Positions 1 through 10,774 of a stretch of 64,000 nt of DNA are shown here, piece after piece (the stretch's first letter is position 1; each line of letters starts with the position of its first letter). The stretch covers positions 2,113-66,112 of the forward strand of contig QCVC01000002.1 of NCBI GenBank assembly GCA_003210515.1. The letters run 5' to 3'. The notes below the pieces were generated by a model that was given only the letters and a program-made list of their open reading frames with translations, had not been told where the DNA came from and did not search any database. The DNA comes from Synechococcus sp. AG-683-B21. Its GTDB lineage: Bacteria; Cyanobacteriota; Cyanobacteriia; PCC-6307; Cyanobiaceae. Position numbers and translations under genes: made by a program.

Positions 1-3
1 GAC

Positions 4-516
4 ATGGGGCTACCAGCTGAAGGAGAAAAATTGCACCCCAAAACTTCTACTAATAACTATAATTTATGCCATATTGGTGGCATGAGCCTACATAAAGGTT
101 ACCAGTTATTAAGGCAAGCTGTTCATTACTTGCCACAATCTCTCCCCATACAATTCACAATTGTGGATCACAGATTGCCCTCCTCTAAAAATAATTATGA
201 ATCAATATGGAATGGATATCACGTTAGTTTCATTGCCCCAATTCCGATGGATAAGATGCCAAAATTCTATAGCGATCAAGATGTGTTAATCGCACCGTCC
301 ATCTGGCCAGAAAGCTTTGGACTCGTAACACGAGAAGCCCTTAGCGCTGGACTCTGGGTGATTGCCAGTGATGCCGGTGCACTTGCAGAACCTATCTTGA
401 ACACACAGGAAAAAAAGGGATCTGTGATCCAACCAAATAATTTAAGCGATCTTGTCCAAGCGCTAAAAGATTTACCAATCGCCCTTGATAGAACAAAAAT
501 AGATGATGGGAACTGA
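4..516 (+). CDS. Glycosyltransferase family 4 (GT-B) C-terminal domain, probably 5'-truncated by the window edge
   Basis: HKGY...DVLIAPSIWPESFGLVTREALSAGLWVIASDAGALAE matches the GT4 ExxxxxxxE motif; AT-rich. Confidence 0.85.
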   Translation: MGLPAEGEKLHPKTSTNNYNLCHIGGMSLHKGYQLLRQAVHYLPQSLPIQFTIVDHRLPSSKNNYESIWNGYHVSFIAPIPMDKMPKFYSDQDVLIAPSIWPESFGLVTREALSAGLWVIASDAGALAEPILNTQEKKGSVIQPNNLSDLVQALKDLPIALDRTKIDDGN

Positions 517-1324
517 TAAAGTGAGTTGGAGATTTTGGCGAAAAAATATGCATCCTTCACTCGGATTCTTAATTTGTGGCCTAGAACATAGTGGAACTAC
601 AATGGTATCTGATCTCTTTCGAGAACACCCAATTGCAGACTCAGGCTTTGAATGTGGTGTTCTCCTCTGCAACACCCCAAGTGAATTTCTTACATTTGAA
701 CCTTTTTGTCGGCATATGTATGTGGGATGGGGGATCGAGCACGACGACCTGTCCTATGCCTGTTCAGCACAATCCTTTGAAGATTTTTATCAGCGACTAT
801 TTGAGCGTTCAAAAAGTATTGAAGAAAAGTCTCCCAACATTATTTTCGATAAAACACCTCGCTACATCACACAATTACGGCAGGTTCAAAAACGCTTGAA
901 CCGTCCTGCGATCGCCGTGATCAAAGATCCAAGATCACTTGCGCTTTCTGATTTTAAGCGGTCGAAACGACCATTAGATGAGATTGATTCTTGGTATAAT
1001 GAGTGGAAAAATCCCAAAATGGTTTATATGCGATCAGCCTACAAAGGCTATCTCTATGCTTGGAAAAATAAAAACTGCCATGTTGTACGCCTTGAGGACA
1101 TTTGCTTTAATGCCAAATCAACTGTCAAGAGTATGTTTGATTTTGTTGGACTTGACTTCAAAAATAAATATCTCTATCTCAGCAATAAACGTTTCAACAA
1201 TACGTCTGGATCATCCATCAACGTAGGATCTTGCATGGCATTTATGGATGCACTTCCAACACGAATCCAGGAACGAGTTTGTTCTGACTTCTCAGAGTTC
1301 GATAAGTGGTTCTATCCTTTTTGA
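503..1324 (+). CDS. Sulfotransferase family protein
   Basis: 5'-PSB-like GLEHSGTT, DKTP motif, 3'-PB-like KDPRS, VRLEDI. Confidence 0.8.
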   Translation: MMGTDKVSWRFWRKNMHPSLGFLICGLEHSGTTMVSDLFREHPIADSGFECGVLLCNTPSEFLTFEPFCRHMYVGWGIEHDDLSYACSAQSFEDFYQRLFERSKSIEEKSPNIIFDKTPRYITQLRQVQKRLNRPAIAVIKDPRSLALSDFKRSKRPLDEIDSWYNEWKNPKMVYMRSAYKGYLYAWKNKNCHVVRLEDICFNAKSTVKSMFDFVGLDFKNKYLYLSNKRFNNTSGSSINVGSCMAFMDALPTRIQERVCSDFSEFDKWFYPF

Positions 1325-1380
1325 TCTAAATATTTACCATCATAAAAGTTTTCGCTCTAGCAATAGCCCCCAAACATCCA

Positions 1381-1611
1381 TCAAAGTGTCGCTAGAAATC
1401 CACCTAGCACAGCGGCAATGATTCCACAGGCCAAGACCTGCGTAACAATCTCACGGCTATCTTGCTTTTGCCACCGGTCGATTGTCTTGCATGCCATTCG
1501 ATAACTTTCGCAATTTACCTGAAGTTTGTGAACATATTGATCAACAAATTCTTCCGACCATTCTAAGCGACGTAGACGCGACTTGATTTGATTGGTTTCG
1601 AACTGATTCAT
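1381..1611 (-). CDS. Small hypothetical membrane protein
   Basis: 76 aa, C-terminal hydrophobic helix, ATGA overlap with the upstream gene. Confidence 0.6.
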   Translation of the reverse strand: MNQFETNQIKSRLRRLEWSEEFVDQYVHKLQVNCESYRMACKTIDRWQKQDSREIVTQVLACGIIAAVLGGFLATL

Positions 1612-2765
1612 TGTTGTTCGAATTCACCCAATTCATTGAAGAAACCGTAGCGACGTTGACGATCCCCCTGTGGGACATGCATTCCCCATAAGCCCTCCCA
1701 ATAGAAAAAAACAACCCCATGACCACGTTCTCGAGCCAATCGAACTTTCTCTCGCAGAACGGGGATTGCCGTCGTCCGTGGGCCAAAACCGGCCAAAATC
1801 CCAATCTGAGTGGGAATCCGCCACTCACGTGCTTTGCGTAACGCAGGCTGATCCAGATCACGGGCAAAACTCTTGACTGAATGGGCATAGTTCTGGACCA
1901 CGAGCTCATCGATGAGCTCACCCATCGCCCAAAGTTCCCAGTCCTGCAGCCAAATGTTGTATGCCTGTCGAAATGGACCGGGCGAAAGACTGATCCGTTG
2001 CGGCAATTGTTCTTGTTTCAGGCGGGCACGTAAATCCCGTAATAGCGAGGTGAGCTGCCGCCGTCTCCAACGCATCCAATAGCGGTTGGTGTGATCGACG
2101 GGAGGCAACGTTCCCGTTTGCGCCCTGTACAAGTTCGACGTGTAGCTGTCGTAGCCAAACTCCACAGGCCAAGCGAAGTGGTCATCCAATTGCAGGCCAT
2201 CCATGGAGCATCGCTGAAGTAACTCCACCACCAAACCAATAAATCGTTCCCTCACCTTTGGGTGAGCCGGATTCAACCAAGCCATGCGATGCCGTCCGTG
2301 CATCGTCATCGTGCGTTCGCCATTCGCTTTCGCCAAAACCCAGTCAGGGTGGTCTTTCACGACCTGAGCATCGGCCGGTTCCATCAGGCCATATTCAAAC
2401 CAAGGCATCACCTTGATGCTGCGCTTGCGTCCTTCAGCGGCGAGCGTACAAATCGGATCAATCCCAAGCCCAACCTTGGCTAAGGGTGGTTCCACCGGCG
2501 CAAACCGACTCCGGTGGAATGTGGTTCCACGACTCCAAACATTAGGGATCACTCGCGTAAATCCAGCCAGTTGCAGCTCGTCCATCGCAACCGCCATACG
2601 ACGGCGGTTGTAATACAAAGGGCTTGGGCTATTGGTGAGCCAGACCCCCATCATGGTCTTGGTTCGCAACAACCGATCCAAGCGCGATTGCGACTGGGCG
2701 TTGAGCGTGAACACTCCAAAAGAGGTGAGCCCCGCAAGGACGCCGCAAAGCAACCGTTGCAACAT
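1608..2765 (-). CDS. Glycoside hydrolase-like 10 (DUF187/GHL10) protein with signal peptide
   Basis: GVWLT, PWFEYG, WLNPAHPKVR and DGLQLDDHF motifs. Confidence 0.85.
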   Translation of the reverse strand: MLQRLLCGVLAGLTSFGVFTLNAQSQSRLDRLLRTKTMMGVWLTNSPSPLYYNRRRMAVAMDELQLAGFTRVIPNVWSRGTTFHRSRFAPVEPPLAKVGLGIDPICTLAAEGRKRSIKVMPWFEYGLMEPADAQVVKDHPDWVLAKANGERTMTMHGRHRMAWLNPAHPKVRERFIGLVVELLQRCSMDGLQLDDHFAWPVEFGYDSYTSNLYRAQTGTLPPVDHTNRYWMRWRRRQLTSLLRDLRARLKQEQLPQRISLSPGPFRQAYNIWLQDWELWAMGELIDELVVQNYAHSVKSFARDLDQPALRKAREWRIPTQIGILAGFGPRTTAIPVLREKVRLARERGHGVVFFYWEGLWGMHVPQGDRQRRYGFFNELGEFEQQ

Positions 2766-2777
2766 CAGGGAGAGGCT

Positions 2778-3773
2778 TTAACGGAACATCGAGCTCACTG
2801 AGCTCTCTTCATGAATCCGCAGAATTGCCTCACCCAACATGTTGGCAGCGGAGAGAACTTTGAGCTGCGGGAAACTTCCATCGAGCTCAATGGGGAGGCT
2901 ATTGGTAACAACCACCTGCTCAAAAAGACCGTCTGCCGAAAGACGTTCGCAAGCAGGTGGTGAAAAAACAGCGTGGGTGGCACAGGCGATCACCCGTTGC
3001 GCACCTTGTTGACGAAGCAGCTTCGCTCCAGCACAAATCGTGCCGCCCGTATCGATCATGTCGTCGATCAAAATAGCCGTTTTACCCGCCACATCACCAA
3101 TCACCGTGAGGCTTTCAGCCTGGTTATGACCGGTCCGTCTTTTATCGATAATCGCAAGAGGCGCATCATTCATTTGCTTGGCAAACGCTCGAGCCCGTGC
3201 CACTCCACCGACATCGGGCGACACGACAACAATGTCTCCGAGATTTTGCGTTGATAAGTAATCCACCAGCACCGGCGATCCATAAATGTGGTCACACGGA
3301 ATGTCGAAGTAACCCTGAATCTGAGCGGAATGAAGATCCATCGCCAACACGCGGTCCACTCCCGAGGTCACCAACAGGTTGGCGGTGAGCTTGGCGGTGA
3401 TCGACTCCCGACCCGCTGTTTTGCGATCGGCCCTCGCATAGCCGTAGTAAGGAACCACTGCTGTGATTTGTCGAGCGGAGGCGCGTCGACATGCATCCAC
3501 CATGATCAGCAGCTCCATTAAGTGATCGTTCACCGGAGCACAGGTGGGCTGGATCAGAAAGACATCACAGCCGCGGATCGACTCTTGGATTTGAACGTAG
3601 AGCTCCCCATCGGCAAACCGCTTCACAATCCGAGGGCCGTCAGGAACCCCCAGGTATGCGGCAATCTCCCGAGCCAAGCCAGGGTTCGAGGTACCGCTAA
3701 AAAGTCGAAGCCTTGGACTTTCACCAGAAAGCTTCTCTTGCTCGGCCCGTGGTGCTGTCAGGAAGCTGGTCAC
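2778..3773 (-). CDS. prs: Ribose-phosphate pyrophosphokinase; GTG start at 3773 preferred over the ORF-track extension
   Basis: FADGELYVQI, PYYGYARADRK, VSPDVGG, DDMIDTGGT. Confidence 0.97.
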   Translation of the reverse strand: MTSFLTAPRAEQEKLSGESPRLRLFSGTSNPGLAREIAAYLGVPDGPRIVKRFADGELYVQIQESIRGCDVFLIQPTCAPVNDHLMELLIMVDACRRASARQITAVVPYYGYARADRKTAGRESITAKLTANLLVTSGVDRVLAMDLHSAQIQGYFDIPCDHIYGSPVLVDYLSTQNLGDIVVVSPDVGGVARARAFAKQMNDAPLAIIDKRRTGHNQAESLTVIGDVAGKTAILIDDMIDTGGTICAGAKLLRQQGAQRVIACATHAVFSPPACERLSADGLFEQVVVTNSLPIELDGSFPQLKVLSAANMLGEAILRIHEESSVSSMFR

Positions 3774-3829
3774 GGCGGCCGCGGAACGAATTCTGCTGTA
3801 ATCCGATGGTAGTGGTGAACGCGCCCCCC

Positions 3830-4360
3830 ATGTCCAAAGGTTTTCCGCTGATCCTGGGTGCAGGCCCCATCCCGGAGTTGGCCATGAGGCACGCCTGTGA
3901 AGCCATCGCCGAATCCTGTGGTTGTGGCCTGTTGAGTTATGCGTGCGGAGAATCTCCGCACAACGTGTTGGCATCGACAAAATCCACGCGCGATTTGGTT
4001 CGACTTTGTGGTGATGCCGCCCGGTTCCATCGCGATGGAGGCAGCTGGTTGGAAGCCATTGCCGACTGGCGCCAACCCGTGCTGCTTTTGGTCCCAGGAG
4101 ATGCCGACGGCGGAATCCCTGGGGTCGGCCCGGCCTATGCCGCCCTCTGCCGCGAATTAAAAGTGCCCTTGGTTGGCTTGGCGCAGCTTCACGGGGCATG
4201 GGATAGGACGGAACGCCGCAAAGATGGACTGCCATGGCGCGGCTGGATTCCAGCAGCAGAGCACCACGATCACAACGATGCCGTGGAAACGTTCAGTGTC
4301 TGGTTGCGTCGATCGCTCCTCAGTCCTGTGGCCACAGGGGCAACGTCTGATCAGGCTTAA
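3830..4360 (+). CDS. Conserved hypothetical protein, possibly a degenerate BioD/AAA_26-like fold
   Basis: ATG at 3830; SWLEAIADWRQPVLLLV resembles the BioD mid-region; no P-loop. Confidence 0.55.
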   Translation: MSKGFPLILGAGPIPELAMRHACEAIAESCGCGLLSYACGESPHNVLASTKSTRDLVRLCGDAARFHRDGGSWLEAIADWRQPVLLLVPGDADGGIPGVGPAYAALCRELKVPLVGLAQLHGAWDRTERRKDGLPWRGWIPAAEHHDHNDAVETFSVWLRRSLLSPVATGATSDQA

Positions 4361-5279
4361 CTTGTCGCAAAATCTGATCGTCCACACGCTTGGCCAGGGG
4401 CACCTGGGTGATGCGAACGGGCAGCGGACTCGCGATCAAAGCCGCCGCCAAACTCAATTGCTCAAGACGGCTGAGATTGGTATCCAACTCATCGTCCAAC
4501 CGGCTCACCAGCAACGGCAGCGTTGAGATCACACTCGAATCCTTCACCTGATCAACCAAGGCCAAGATCAAATCCTGCTGTCGGTTTCGTCGGTTGGCGT
4601 TATCCAGAGGGGTTGGTCGGTAACGGGCGAATTGTTCCGCCTTCTCCCCATTCAGTCGTTGCCGTCCGGCCTGGAGATTGATGCTGTAACCCTGAGACTG
4701 GTCGTTGTGCTGATAGGTCTGATCGAGAACTAAATCCACATCACCCAGACCATCCACAAGGGTGCGTAATGCCGTTCGAGGCATCACGACATACCGCTGA
4801 GGTACCTGTTGCGTTGACCCAAGAATGTCTTGAATGGCATCGTTCAACAACGCCACCCCACCGCTTTGCCAAAGGCTGGACAAACTGGTCGGTGAGTCGC
4901 TCCCTGGCAATTGCACGGCGATCTCGCTGGGAAGCTGCAGCACCTGCAGCGGCTCTTCGGCGCTAACGCGCAGCAGGAGCAGTGCATCGGCATTGGCTCG
5001 ACCCAATGGTGCGGCTTGATTGGACGATTCACCCAACTGATTGGCATCAATCCCCACCACAAGCACCATCACAGGGGCGGAGGGGAACGGAGCCAAGTTG
5101 GTAATGGCGTCCGACTTGGTTAAAGCCTCTTTGGCGGCGCGATCTGGCTCGGGCCAAAGCACGCTGAGCAGCCAACCCGTCGCACCCACACCTAAGGCGA
5201 TCGCTCCCAGGCGCAAGACTGTTCTCAATGGACGACGTCCAAACCAGCGCGTCAGGCGCGTCTCTTTGGAAGAGGTCAT
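4320..5279 (-). CDS. LCP (LytR-CpsA-Psr) family protein
   Basis: N-terminal TM helix, [33 protein letters not shown]. Confidence 0.85.
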   Translation of the reverse strand: MTSSKETRLTRWFGRRPLRTVLRLGAIALGVGATGWLLSVLWPEPDRAAKEALTKSDAITNLAPFPSAPVMVLVVGIDANQLGESSNQAAPLGRANADALLLLRVSAEEPLQVLQLPSEIAVQLPGSDSPTSLSSLWQSGGVALLNDAIQDILGSTQQVPQRYVVMPRTALRTLVDGLGDVDLVLDQTYQHNDQSQGYSINLQAGRQRLNGEKAEQFARYRPTPLDNANRRNRQQDLILALVDQVKDSSVISTLPLLVSRLDDELDTNLSRLEQLSLAAALIASPLPVRITQVPLAKRVDDQILRQVKPDQTLPLWPQD

Positions 5280-5351
5280 CGTCCGCCGATTCCTGGGTTA
5301 CACCAGACTTATCTTCACCCCGCTGTCCAGTCTTTAGCGTTAGGGCCTTGC

Positions 5352-6392
5352 ATGTCGTCCTTTATGCCCTTGCGCCACGACTTTCGAGAACGGCCTGCCG
5401 CAGACATTCGCGTCGTGGTGTTCGGCGCCACGGGCTACATCGGTCGTTTTGTCGTGAAGGAACTCGTCAAGCGGGGCTATCAGGTGGTGGCTTTTTGTCG
5501 AGAACGCAGTGGCATTGGCGGACGTCAAAGCCAAGATCAAGCGGTGGCGGACTTTCCTGGAGCAGAGGTGCGCTTTGGAGATGTCACAGACGTGGACTCC
5601 CTGAACCGAAACGCTTTTCAGCAACCAGTGGATGTTGTTGTGAGTTGCCTCGCCTCTCGAACGGGAGGGAGACAAGACTCTTGGGCGATTGACCATCAGG
5701 CCAGCTTGAACACCTACACCGAAGGTCGGAAGGCTGGGGTTGCCCATTACGTTCTGCTCTCAGCCATCTGTGTGCAGAAGCCACTACTGGAATTCCAAAA
5801 AGCAAAGCTGGCCTTCGAAACAGCACTGCAGGCAGATGCGGAGATGAGTTACTCCATCGTCCGGCCCACAGCTTTTTTTAAAAGCTTGGGCGGTCAGGTG
5901 GAAAGTTGCCGCAAGGGGGGACCCTATGTGATGTTCGGCGGCGGAACACTTGCCAGCTGTAAACCGATCAGCGAGTCGGATTTGGCTGCGTTTATGGCCG
6001 ACTGCATCACGGATCCGGAGAAACGCAACCAGGTTCTTCCCATTGGCGGCCCTGGACCCGCCATGAGTGCCCGTGAACAGGGGGAAATGTTGTTTCGTGC
6101 CCTAGGGCGCCAACAACGCATGTTGTCCGTGCCAATCGCCCTGATGGACGGCCCGATTGCACTGCTCGAGGGCCTATCGAAGCTGTTCCCAGGTCTTCAA
6201 GACACCGCTGAATTCGGACGAATTGGCCGTTACTACGCCAGTGAATCGATGCTGGTTTGGGATGCCCAAGAACAGCGATACGACGCCGATGCAACCCCCT
6301 CCTATGGAGACGACACCTTGGAGCAATTTTTCGAGCGGGTGGTCCGCGACGGAATGGCAGGTCAAGACCTTGGGGATGCCAGCGTCTTCTGA
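5352..6392 (+). CDS. dvr: 3,8-divinyl (proto)chlorophyllide 8-vinyl reductase, NADPH-dependent (BciA/DVR type)
   Basis: GATGYIG Rossmann motif, [41 protein letters not shown]. Confidence 0.9.
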   Translation: MSSFMPLRHDFRERPAADIRVVVFGATGYIGRFVVKELVKRGYQVVAFCRERSGIGGRQSQDQAVADFPGAEVRFGDVTDVDSLNRNAFQQPVDVVVSCLASRTGGRQDSWAIDHQASLNTYTEGRKAGVAHYVLLSAICVQKPLLEFQKAKLAFETALQADAEMSYSIVRPTAFFKSLGGQVESCRKGGPYVMFGGGTLASCKPISESDLAAFMADCITDPEKRNQVLPIGGPGPAMSAREQGEMLFRALGRQQRMLSVPIALMDGPIALLEGLSKLFPGLQDTAEFGRIGRYYASESMLVWDAQEQRYDADATPSYGDDTLEQFFERVVRDGMAGQDLGDASVF

Positions 6393-6431
6393 AGCAGGCA
6401 TCCTGCAGCGATAGAGGAAGCACAACCGTTG

Positions 6432-7985
6432 ATGACCGAGGCAGCTACCCAGCGGGCCCGCACAAGCGGTGTGTTGCTCCATCCCACAGCACTGCCCGAC
6501 AGCCCTGTCTGCGGAACTTTTGGTGAACCCAGCCGTCGCTGGCTCCATCAACTGGCCAACAGCGGCATCGGAGTTTGGCAAATGTTGCCGCTTTCACCGC
6601 CAGATCCGACTGGATCCCCTTACAGCTCCCCCTCCTGCTTTGCCCTCAACGCCTGGTTGCTCGACGCATCAGATCTGGCGAATGAACAATTCATCAGCCA
6701 CGAGGCCCTGAATGGCCTGCCCGGAGCATCCTCAACAGCGGCTGGGGCAGCGGTTGTTGATTTCCAGCTGGCCAACCAACGCAGTAACGCCCTGGCCGAT
6801 GCACTCCTTGAGGCGTGGCCGCAACAGACGTCAGAACGACACGAGGCCTTTCGGCACTGGTGCAGCCAACAATCCTGGCTCGACGATCACGTGTCGTTCA
6901 GCGTTTTGCATGCCCAACACAACAACGCATGGTGGACCTGGCCAAAGCCACTAGCCCAGCATCAACGTCGAGCACTCAAAGCCTGGGCAGCGGACAATCA
7001 AGCAGGGCTGATGAAAGAGCGCCTGATGCAGTGGCAGCTTGATCGCCAATGGCAAGAGATCCGACGACTGGCCCAAGACCTGGGCGTGGTGTTGTTTGGC
7101 GATTTGCCCTTTTACGTGAGCACCGACAGCGCTGATGTGTGGAGCCATCGCAACCTGTTCACCGTGAAGGAATCCGGGGAACTCACACTTCAGAGTGGGG
7201 TTCCTCCGGATTACTTTTCCGAAACGGGACAACTCTGGGGGTCGCCCGTCTATCGCTGGGGACGACACCGCATCACCCGCTTCCGGTGGTGGCGAAACCG
7301 CATCAGCCGCCAACGCGAATTAGTTGATTTGCTGCGGTTGGATCATTTTCGCGCCCTCGCTGCCTTTTGGGCCGTTCCAGGGGGTGATACAACCGCTCAA
7401 AATGGCCAATGGCAATCATCACCAGGCCATGCCTTGCTGGCCAAATTGCAGAAAGACGCGGGCGGGGATTTGCCTTTAATTGCAGAAGACCTTGGCGTGA
7501 TTACGCCAGATGTGGAAGACCTGCGAGATCAATTCGCCTTGCCTGGCATGAAAGTGCTTCAGTTTGCTTTTGATGGCCAAAGCGACAATCCCTATCTTCC
7601 GGAAAACATGGATGGCAGCCGCTGGGTGGTCTACACAGGAACCCATGACAACCCAACAACCCTGGGCTGGTGGCAGCGTCTCGATAGCCATAGCCGAGAG
7701 CGAATTACTACACGGATTAATGGCGAAGTCTCTGCTCCCGCTTGGCATTTATTCGATATGGCATTTGCAACACCAGCCACTCTTGTGGGTGCGCCTCTCC
7801 AAGATTTAATGCATCTCGATGACCGAGCCCGATTCAATACCCCTGGAACATGCACGGGAAATTGGAATTGGCGCCTCAGTCACTTTGACAACACACTTGA
7901 GGGATCTCTGAAGGGATTTGGAGAACGTGCCAAGGTTTGGGGACGAAATCTTGAGAGTGCTACAGCACTGCTAAACCATCAATAA
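6432..7985 (+). CDS. malQ: 4-alpha-glucanotransferase (amylomaltase, GH77)
   Basis: GVLLHPTALP, SPYSS, GVPPDYFS-GQLWG, RLDHFR, IAEDLG, YTGTHDN. Confidence 0.96.
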   Translation: MTEAATQRARTSGVLLHPTALPDSPVCGTFGEPSRRWLHQLANSGIGVWQMLPLSPPDPTGSPYSSPSCFALNAWLLDASDLANEQFISHEALNGLPGASSTAAGAAVVDFQLANQRSNALADALLEAWPQQTSERHEAFRHWCSQQSWLDDHVSFSVLHAQHNNAWWTWPKPLAQHQRRALKAWAADNQAGLMKERLMQWQLDRQWQEIRRLAQDLGVVLFGDLPFYVSTDSADVWSHRNLFTVKESGELTLQSGVPPDYFSETGQLWGSPVYRWGRHRITRFRWWRNRISRQRELVDLLRLDHFRALAAFWAVPGGDTTAQNGQWQSSPGHALLAKLQKDAGGDLPLIAEDLGVITPDVEDLRDQFALPGMKVLQFAFDGQSDNPYLPENMDGSRWVVYTGTHDNPTTLGWWQRLDSHSRERITTRINGEVSAPAWHLFDMAFATPATLVGAPLQDLMHLDDRARFNTPGTCTGNWNWRLSHFDNTLEGSLKGFGERAKVWGRNLESATALLNHQ

Positions 7986-8257
7986 TTGAGGGAAAGCTGA
8001 TGACGACTAATATTGAAACTGGTCAGTCAAAAGCTTAACCGATCAGCGTTTCAATGATGATTGAAAGATTTTTTTGCAACCACCCAGATCCTCCCCAGAA
8101 ACCAAATCGACCGCTACAAAACTAATTAATGATCAGCTTTCACTAAAGGCCCAACATCTTCAGAATCACTCGCAACGATTAGCCAGAGAGAGGTGAGTAA
8201 TTACGCCCATGGCACAGGAGAAGACGCACCCATAAAATTATTTCAAGGGAATGCATC

Positions 8258-8288
8258 AAAAGCGGCCTCACTCAAAGGTCGCTTTTTT
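8258..8288. terminator. Probable bidirectional rho-independent terminator between convergent genes
   Basis: AAAAGCGGCCT-cactcaa-AGGTCGCTTTTTT hairpin with A-tract and T-tract. Confidence 0.7.
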
Positions 8289-8328
8289 ATGGGAAATTCA
8301 TATTAAATAGTGAGGAAAAGTTAGATCC

Positions 8329-9222
8329 TCAAAGAGAAGACTTCTCCACCCGGTATACCCCCGCAAACTTGGGAACTTGCTTTAACGGAACACCGTTCCA
8401 CTTCACCTGTTGGATGTCTTCAGGCGGTGGGGTAATGGTTAGGTCAATCGGTGCCCTCAGCTGCAAGGTGAGCTGACCTTGCCCAGCAGCAAGCTGCACA
8501 CGATCGCCACCCTCACTGTTGATCTTCAGTTGACTCGGTTCGTTGAACAACAGTTGCAACACTCCATCGTTTGGATTGACGGACGTGGCAACGCCTTTCA
8601 GCCAATCTTGAGGCAAACGCTGGCGAGCCTGCTCGAGGGGGCGCAAACCCTCAAAGGTGGATAAAACCCCAGCCGACGACATGACAGGTGCTGACGTGAT
8701 GACCTGAATATTGGCTCGTACGGGCTGCAAAGAGAGACCGTTTTGAACAGCAAAAGTTTGCTGCTGACGATTCATCGCCACAAGGCTAAAAAGCATGACG
8801 GCGCCGTACACGATGCTCCCTTGCCAGGTCGTAAAGACATCAATATTTCCAGGGGTAAAGCGACCAAAACCGCGTGCGGATTTCAGCTTCGAACGGGACA
8901 CCGAAACTGGTAGAACCGGTTCTAAACAGCCAGGGGGGAGCTCCAAGCACCTCTCAACCTGAGGAAGCATTGAGGCCAAATAGGCTCTCTCAGGCAAACG
9001 ATCGATCCAGCCACGCTCTAGGGCTTCGAGAACTGGCGTTGTGATCCTGATCTGAGTCGCCAGATCTCTCAGCGTTAACCCCATCAACTCTCGACGTTCG
9101 CGAATCATCGACCCAAGAATTTGAGCCTGCTCCTCACGACTCACAGACTCAAGATCAGACCGCTTCAAGGCAAGCCCAGAACGCGTCCACCAACGCCTTG
9201 GGAATCTCAATCGCAGATTCAT
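8329..9222 (-). CDS. RodZ-like helix-turn-helix membrane protein
   Basis: LGSMIRERRE...LRDLATQIRITTPVLEALERG HTH, then a TM segment; ATGA overlap with the upstream gene. Confidence 0.75.
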   Translation of the reverse strand: MNLRLRFPRRWWTRSGLALKRSDLESVSREEQAQILGSMIRERRELMGLTLRDLATQIRITTPVLEALERGWIDRLPERAYLASMLPQVERCLELPPGCLEPVLPVSVSRSKLKSARGFGRFTPGNIDVFTTWQGSIVYGAVMLFSLVAMNRQQQTFAVQNGLSLQPVRANIQVITSAPVMSSAGVLSTFEGLRPLEQARQRLPQDWLKGVATSVNPNDGVLQLLFNEPSQLKINSEGGDRVQLAAGQGQLTLQLRAPIDLTITPPPEDIQQVKWNGVPLKQVPKFAGVYRVEKSSL

Positions 9223-9962
9223 GATGGGTCCATGGACCGAGGTGCGTTCCCAACCAAGATGGTGTTCCACTCTGTCGCGTCAAGACGGCGCCAACAGCCC
9301 TCGGCCAGATCATCGAGATGAATGCCATCTATGGCAACACGCTGCAAATCGATCACAGGATGACCAAGCAACTCAGCCACCCGTCGAATTTGGCGATTGC
9401 GGCCTTCTTTGAGCTCAACTTCCAATAACGATGATGCGCCGCGTGACTGAAGACAACGCACGCGAGCTGGTCGGGTCAGGCGTCCATCTAACAGCAAACC
9501 CTCGCGCCAACGACGGAGGGCTTGCGAACTGGGAATCCCTCTGACCAAAACGCGATAGGTCTTGGCGTGGTTGTAGCGGGGATGGGTCAATCGCAGCGTC
9601 AGTTCACCTTGATCAGTCAGCAGCAGAGCGCCACGACTATCAGCATCCAGTCGCCCAACAGGGTGCAGGCCTGAGCGTTCTTGATGGGGCAGACAATCCA
9701 ACACCGTGGCCCGGCCTTGAGGATCACGACAACTACAAATCACCCCGACTGGCTTGTTGAGCAAGAACACGCGTGGTTCTTGAACTGAAATCAAGGGAAC
9801 GCCATCCACCTCAATCAGCTGAGAATTGGGATCGGCCTGATCCCCAAGGCTCGCAACACGCCCATCAACCGTTACGCGACCAGCTTGAAGCCAATCTTCT
9901 CCGCGCCGACGTGAACACAGCCCGGCAGCAGCCATCAATTTTTGAAGCCTTTGACGGGTCAC
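9219..9962 (-). CDS. rRNA pseudouridine synthase (RsuA/RluB/E/F family)
   Basis: S4 domain RLQKLMAAAGLCSRR, GRLDADSRG, EGRNRQIRR. Confidence 0.95.
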   Translation of the reverse strand: MTRQRLQKLMAAAGLCSRRRGEDWLQAGRVTVDGRVASLGDQADPNSQLIEVDGVPLISVQEPRVFLLNKPVGVICSCRDPQGRATVLDCLPHQERSGLHPVGRLDADSRGALLLTDQGELTLRLTHPRYNHAKTYRVLVRGIPSSQALRRWREGLLLDGRLTRPARVRCLQSRGASSLLEVELKEGRNRQIRRVAELLGHPVIDLQRVAIDGIHLDDLAEGCWRRLDATEWNTILVGNAPRSMDPS

Positions 9963-10312
9963 GCGATGAAATCGAGCTAAAAATGCGCTTCAAATCATCG
10001 TTGAATTTACAAGACAGGTGTCAAAGCCTCGACCAATGATCGTCTGAAAATAAAGATCAACGCTGCTGAAGAACCTCAATGCAATCCGTGACATTCAGGC
10101 CACAGAATTCCTCATCACAAAAGGTTATCGATACAACCATTTCAACCAAAAGCTGCACATAATCGAGAGAATTGCCTTAAGACGATAATAACGGATTATT
10201 CGAACAACGAAAAATTGAAGATTTAGCAAGTAACTCGAAAATTATTCAAGAAAAACCTCTTAATGCACTGGGTCCAGTGGAGCGTTAAAGCGGGAAGGGC
10301 AAAAAGAAAGGT

Positions 10313-10732
10313 CTAAAAGAATTCGTCAAAGTTATCAAAATCAACAGCTTTGAAATTACCGCTCTCCACTTGTTGCATCAGTCGCTCCAACTGTGCGAAC
10401 AAAGCTCCCCCAGTCAGCAGAGACAGCAACAAAGCAACCAAGAGAGCAGTCCCTGAGGCGAACCCAAAAATTTGCAAGCAGCACCCAATAAAGAGCGTTA
10501 CACCAATCAAGGTGCCTGAAAAACTCAAAAAGATCTCAGCAGTTGCCAGAGGCAAAAGAGGCAAACGATCTTCCTTCCAGCCGTCGAGTTTGTTCTGAAC
10601 AAGACGACCAAACGTCAGTCCGCAGAGGACACCCATCAACAGGCCAACTCCAGCCATCAGATAGGGCGGCTGAGGAAGAACCGCCATCATCAAGTACTGC
10701 TCAATCTGCTCGGCAGTGATCTCCTCAAGCAT
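10313..10732 (-). CDS. Conserved hypothetical membrane protein
   Basis: 139 aa with three hydrophobic helices. Confidence 0.7.
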   Translation of the reverse strand: MLEEITAEQIEQYLMMAVLPQPPYLMAGVGLLMGVLCGLTFGRLVQNKLDGWKEDRLPLLPLATAEIFLSFSGTLIGVTLFIGCCLQIFGFASGTALLVALLLSLLTGGALFAQLERLMQQVESGNFKAVDFDNFDEFF

Positions 10733-10774
10733 TGAAGCAATTCTCGGAACGGGATATCGACCTTAGTGGATTTA

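Noticed and set aside
3774-4235. Long N-terminal extension of prs in the ORF track
   Set aside because: It is antisense to the 3830-4360 gene and has no Prs character; the real start is likely GTG 3773
7986-8257. AT-rich spacer after malQ as a possible sRNA or small ORF
   Set aside because: Only the terminator is supportable; the short ORFs lack evidence
9963-10312. 350-bp AT-rich intergenic region
   Set aside because: No repeats, structure or credible ORF seen
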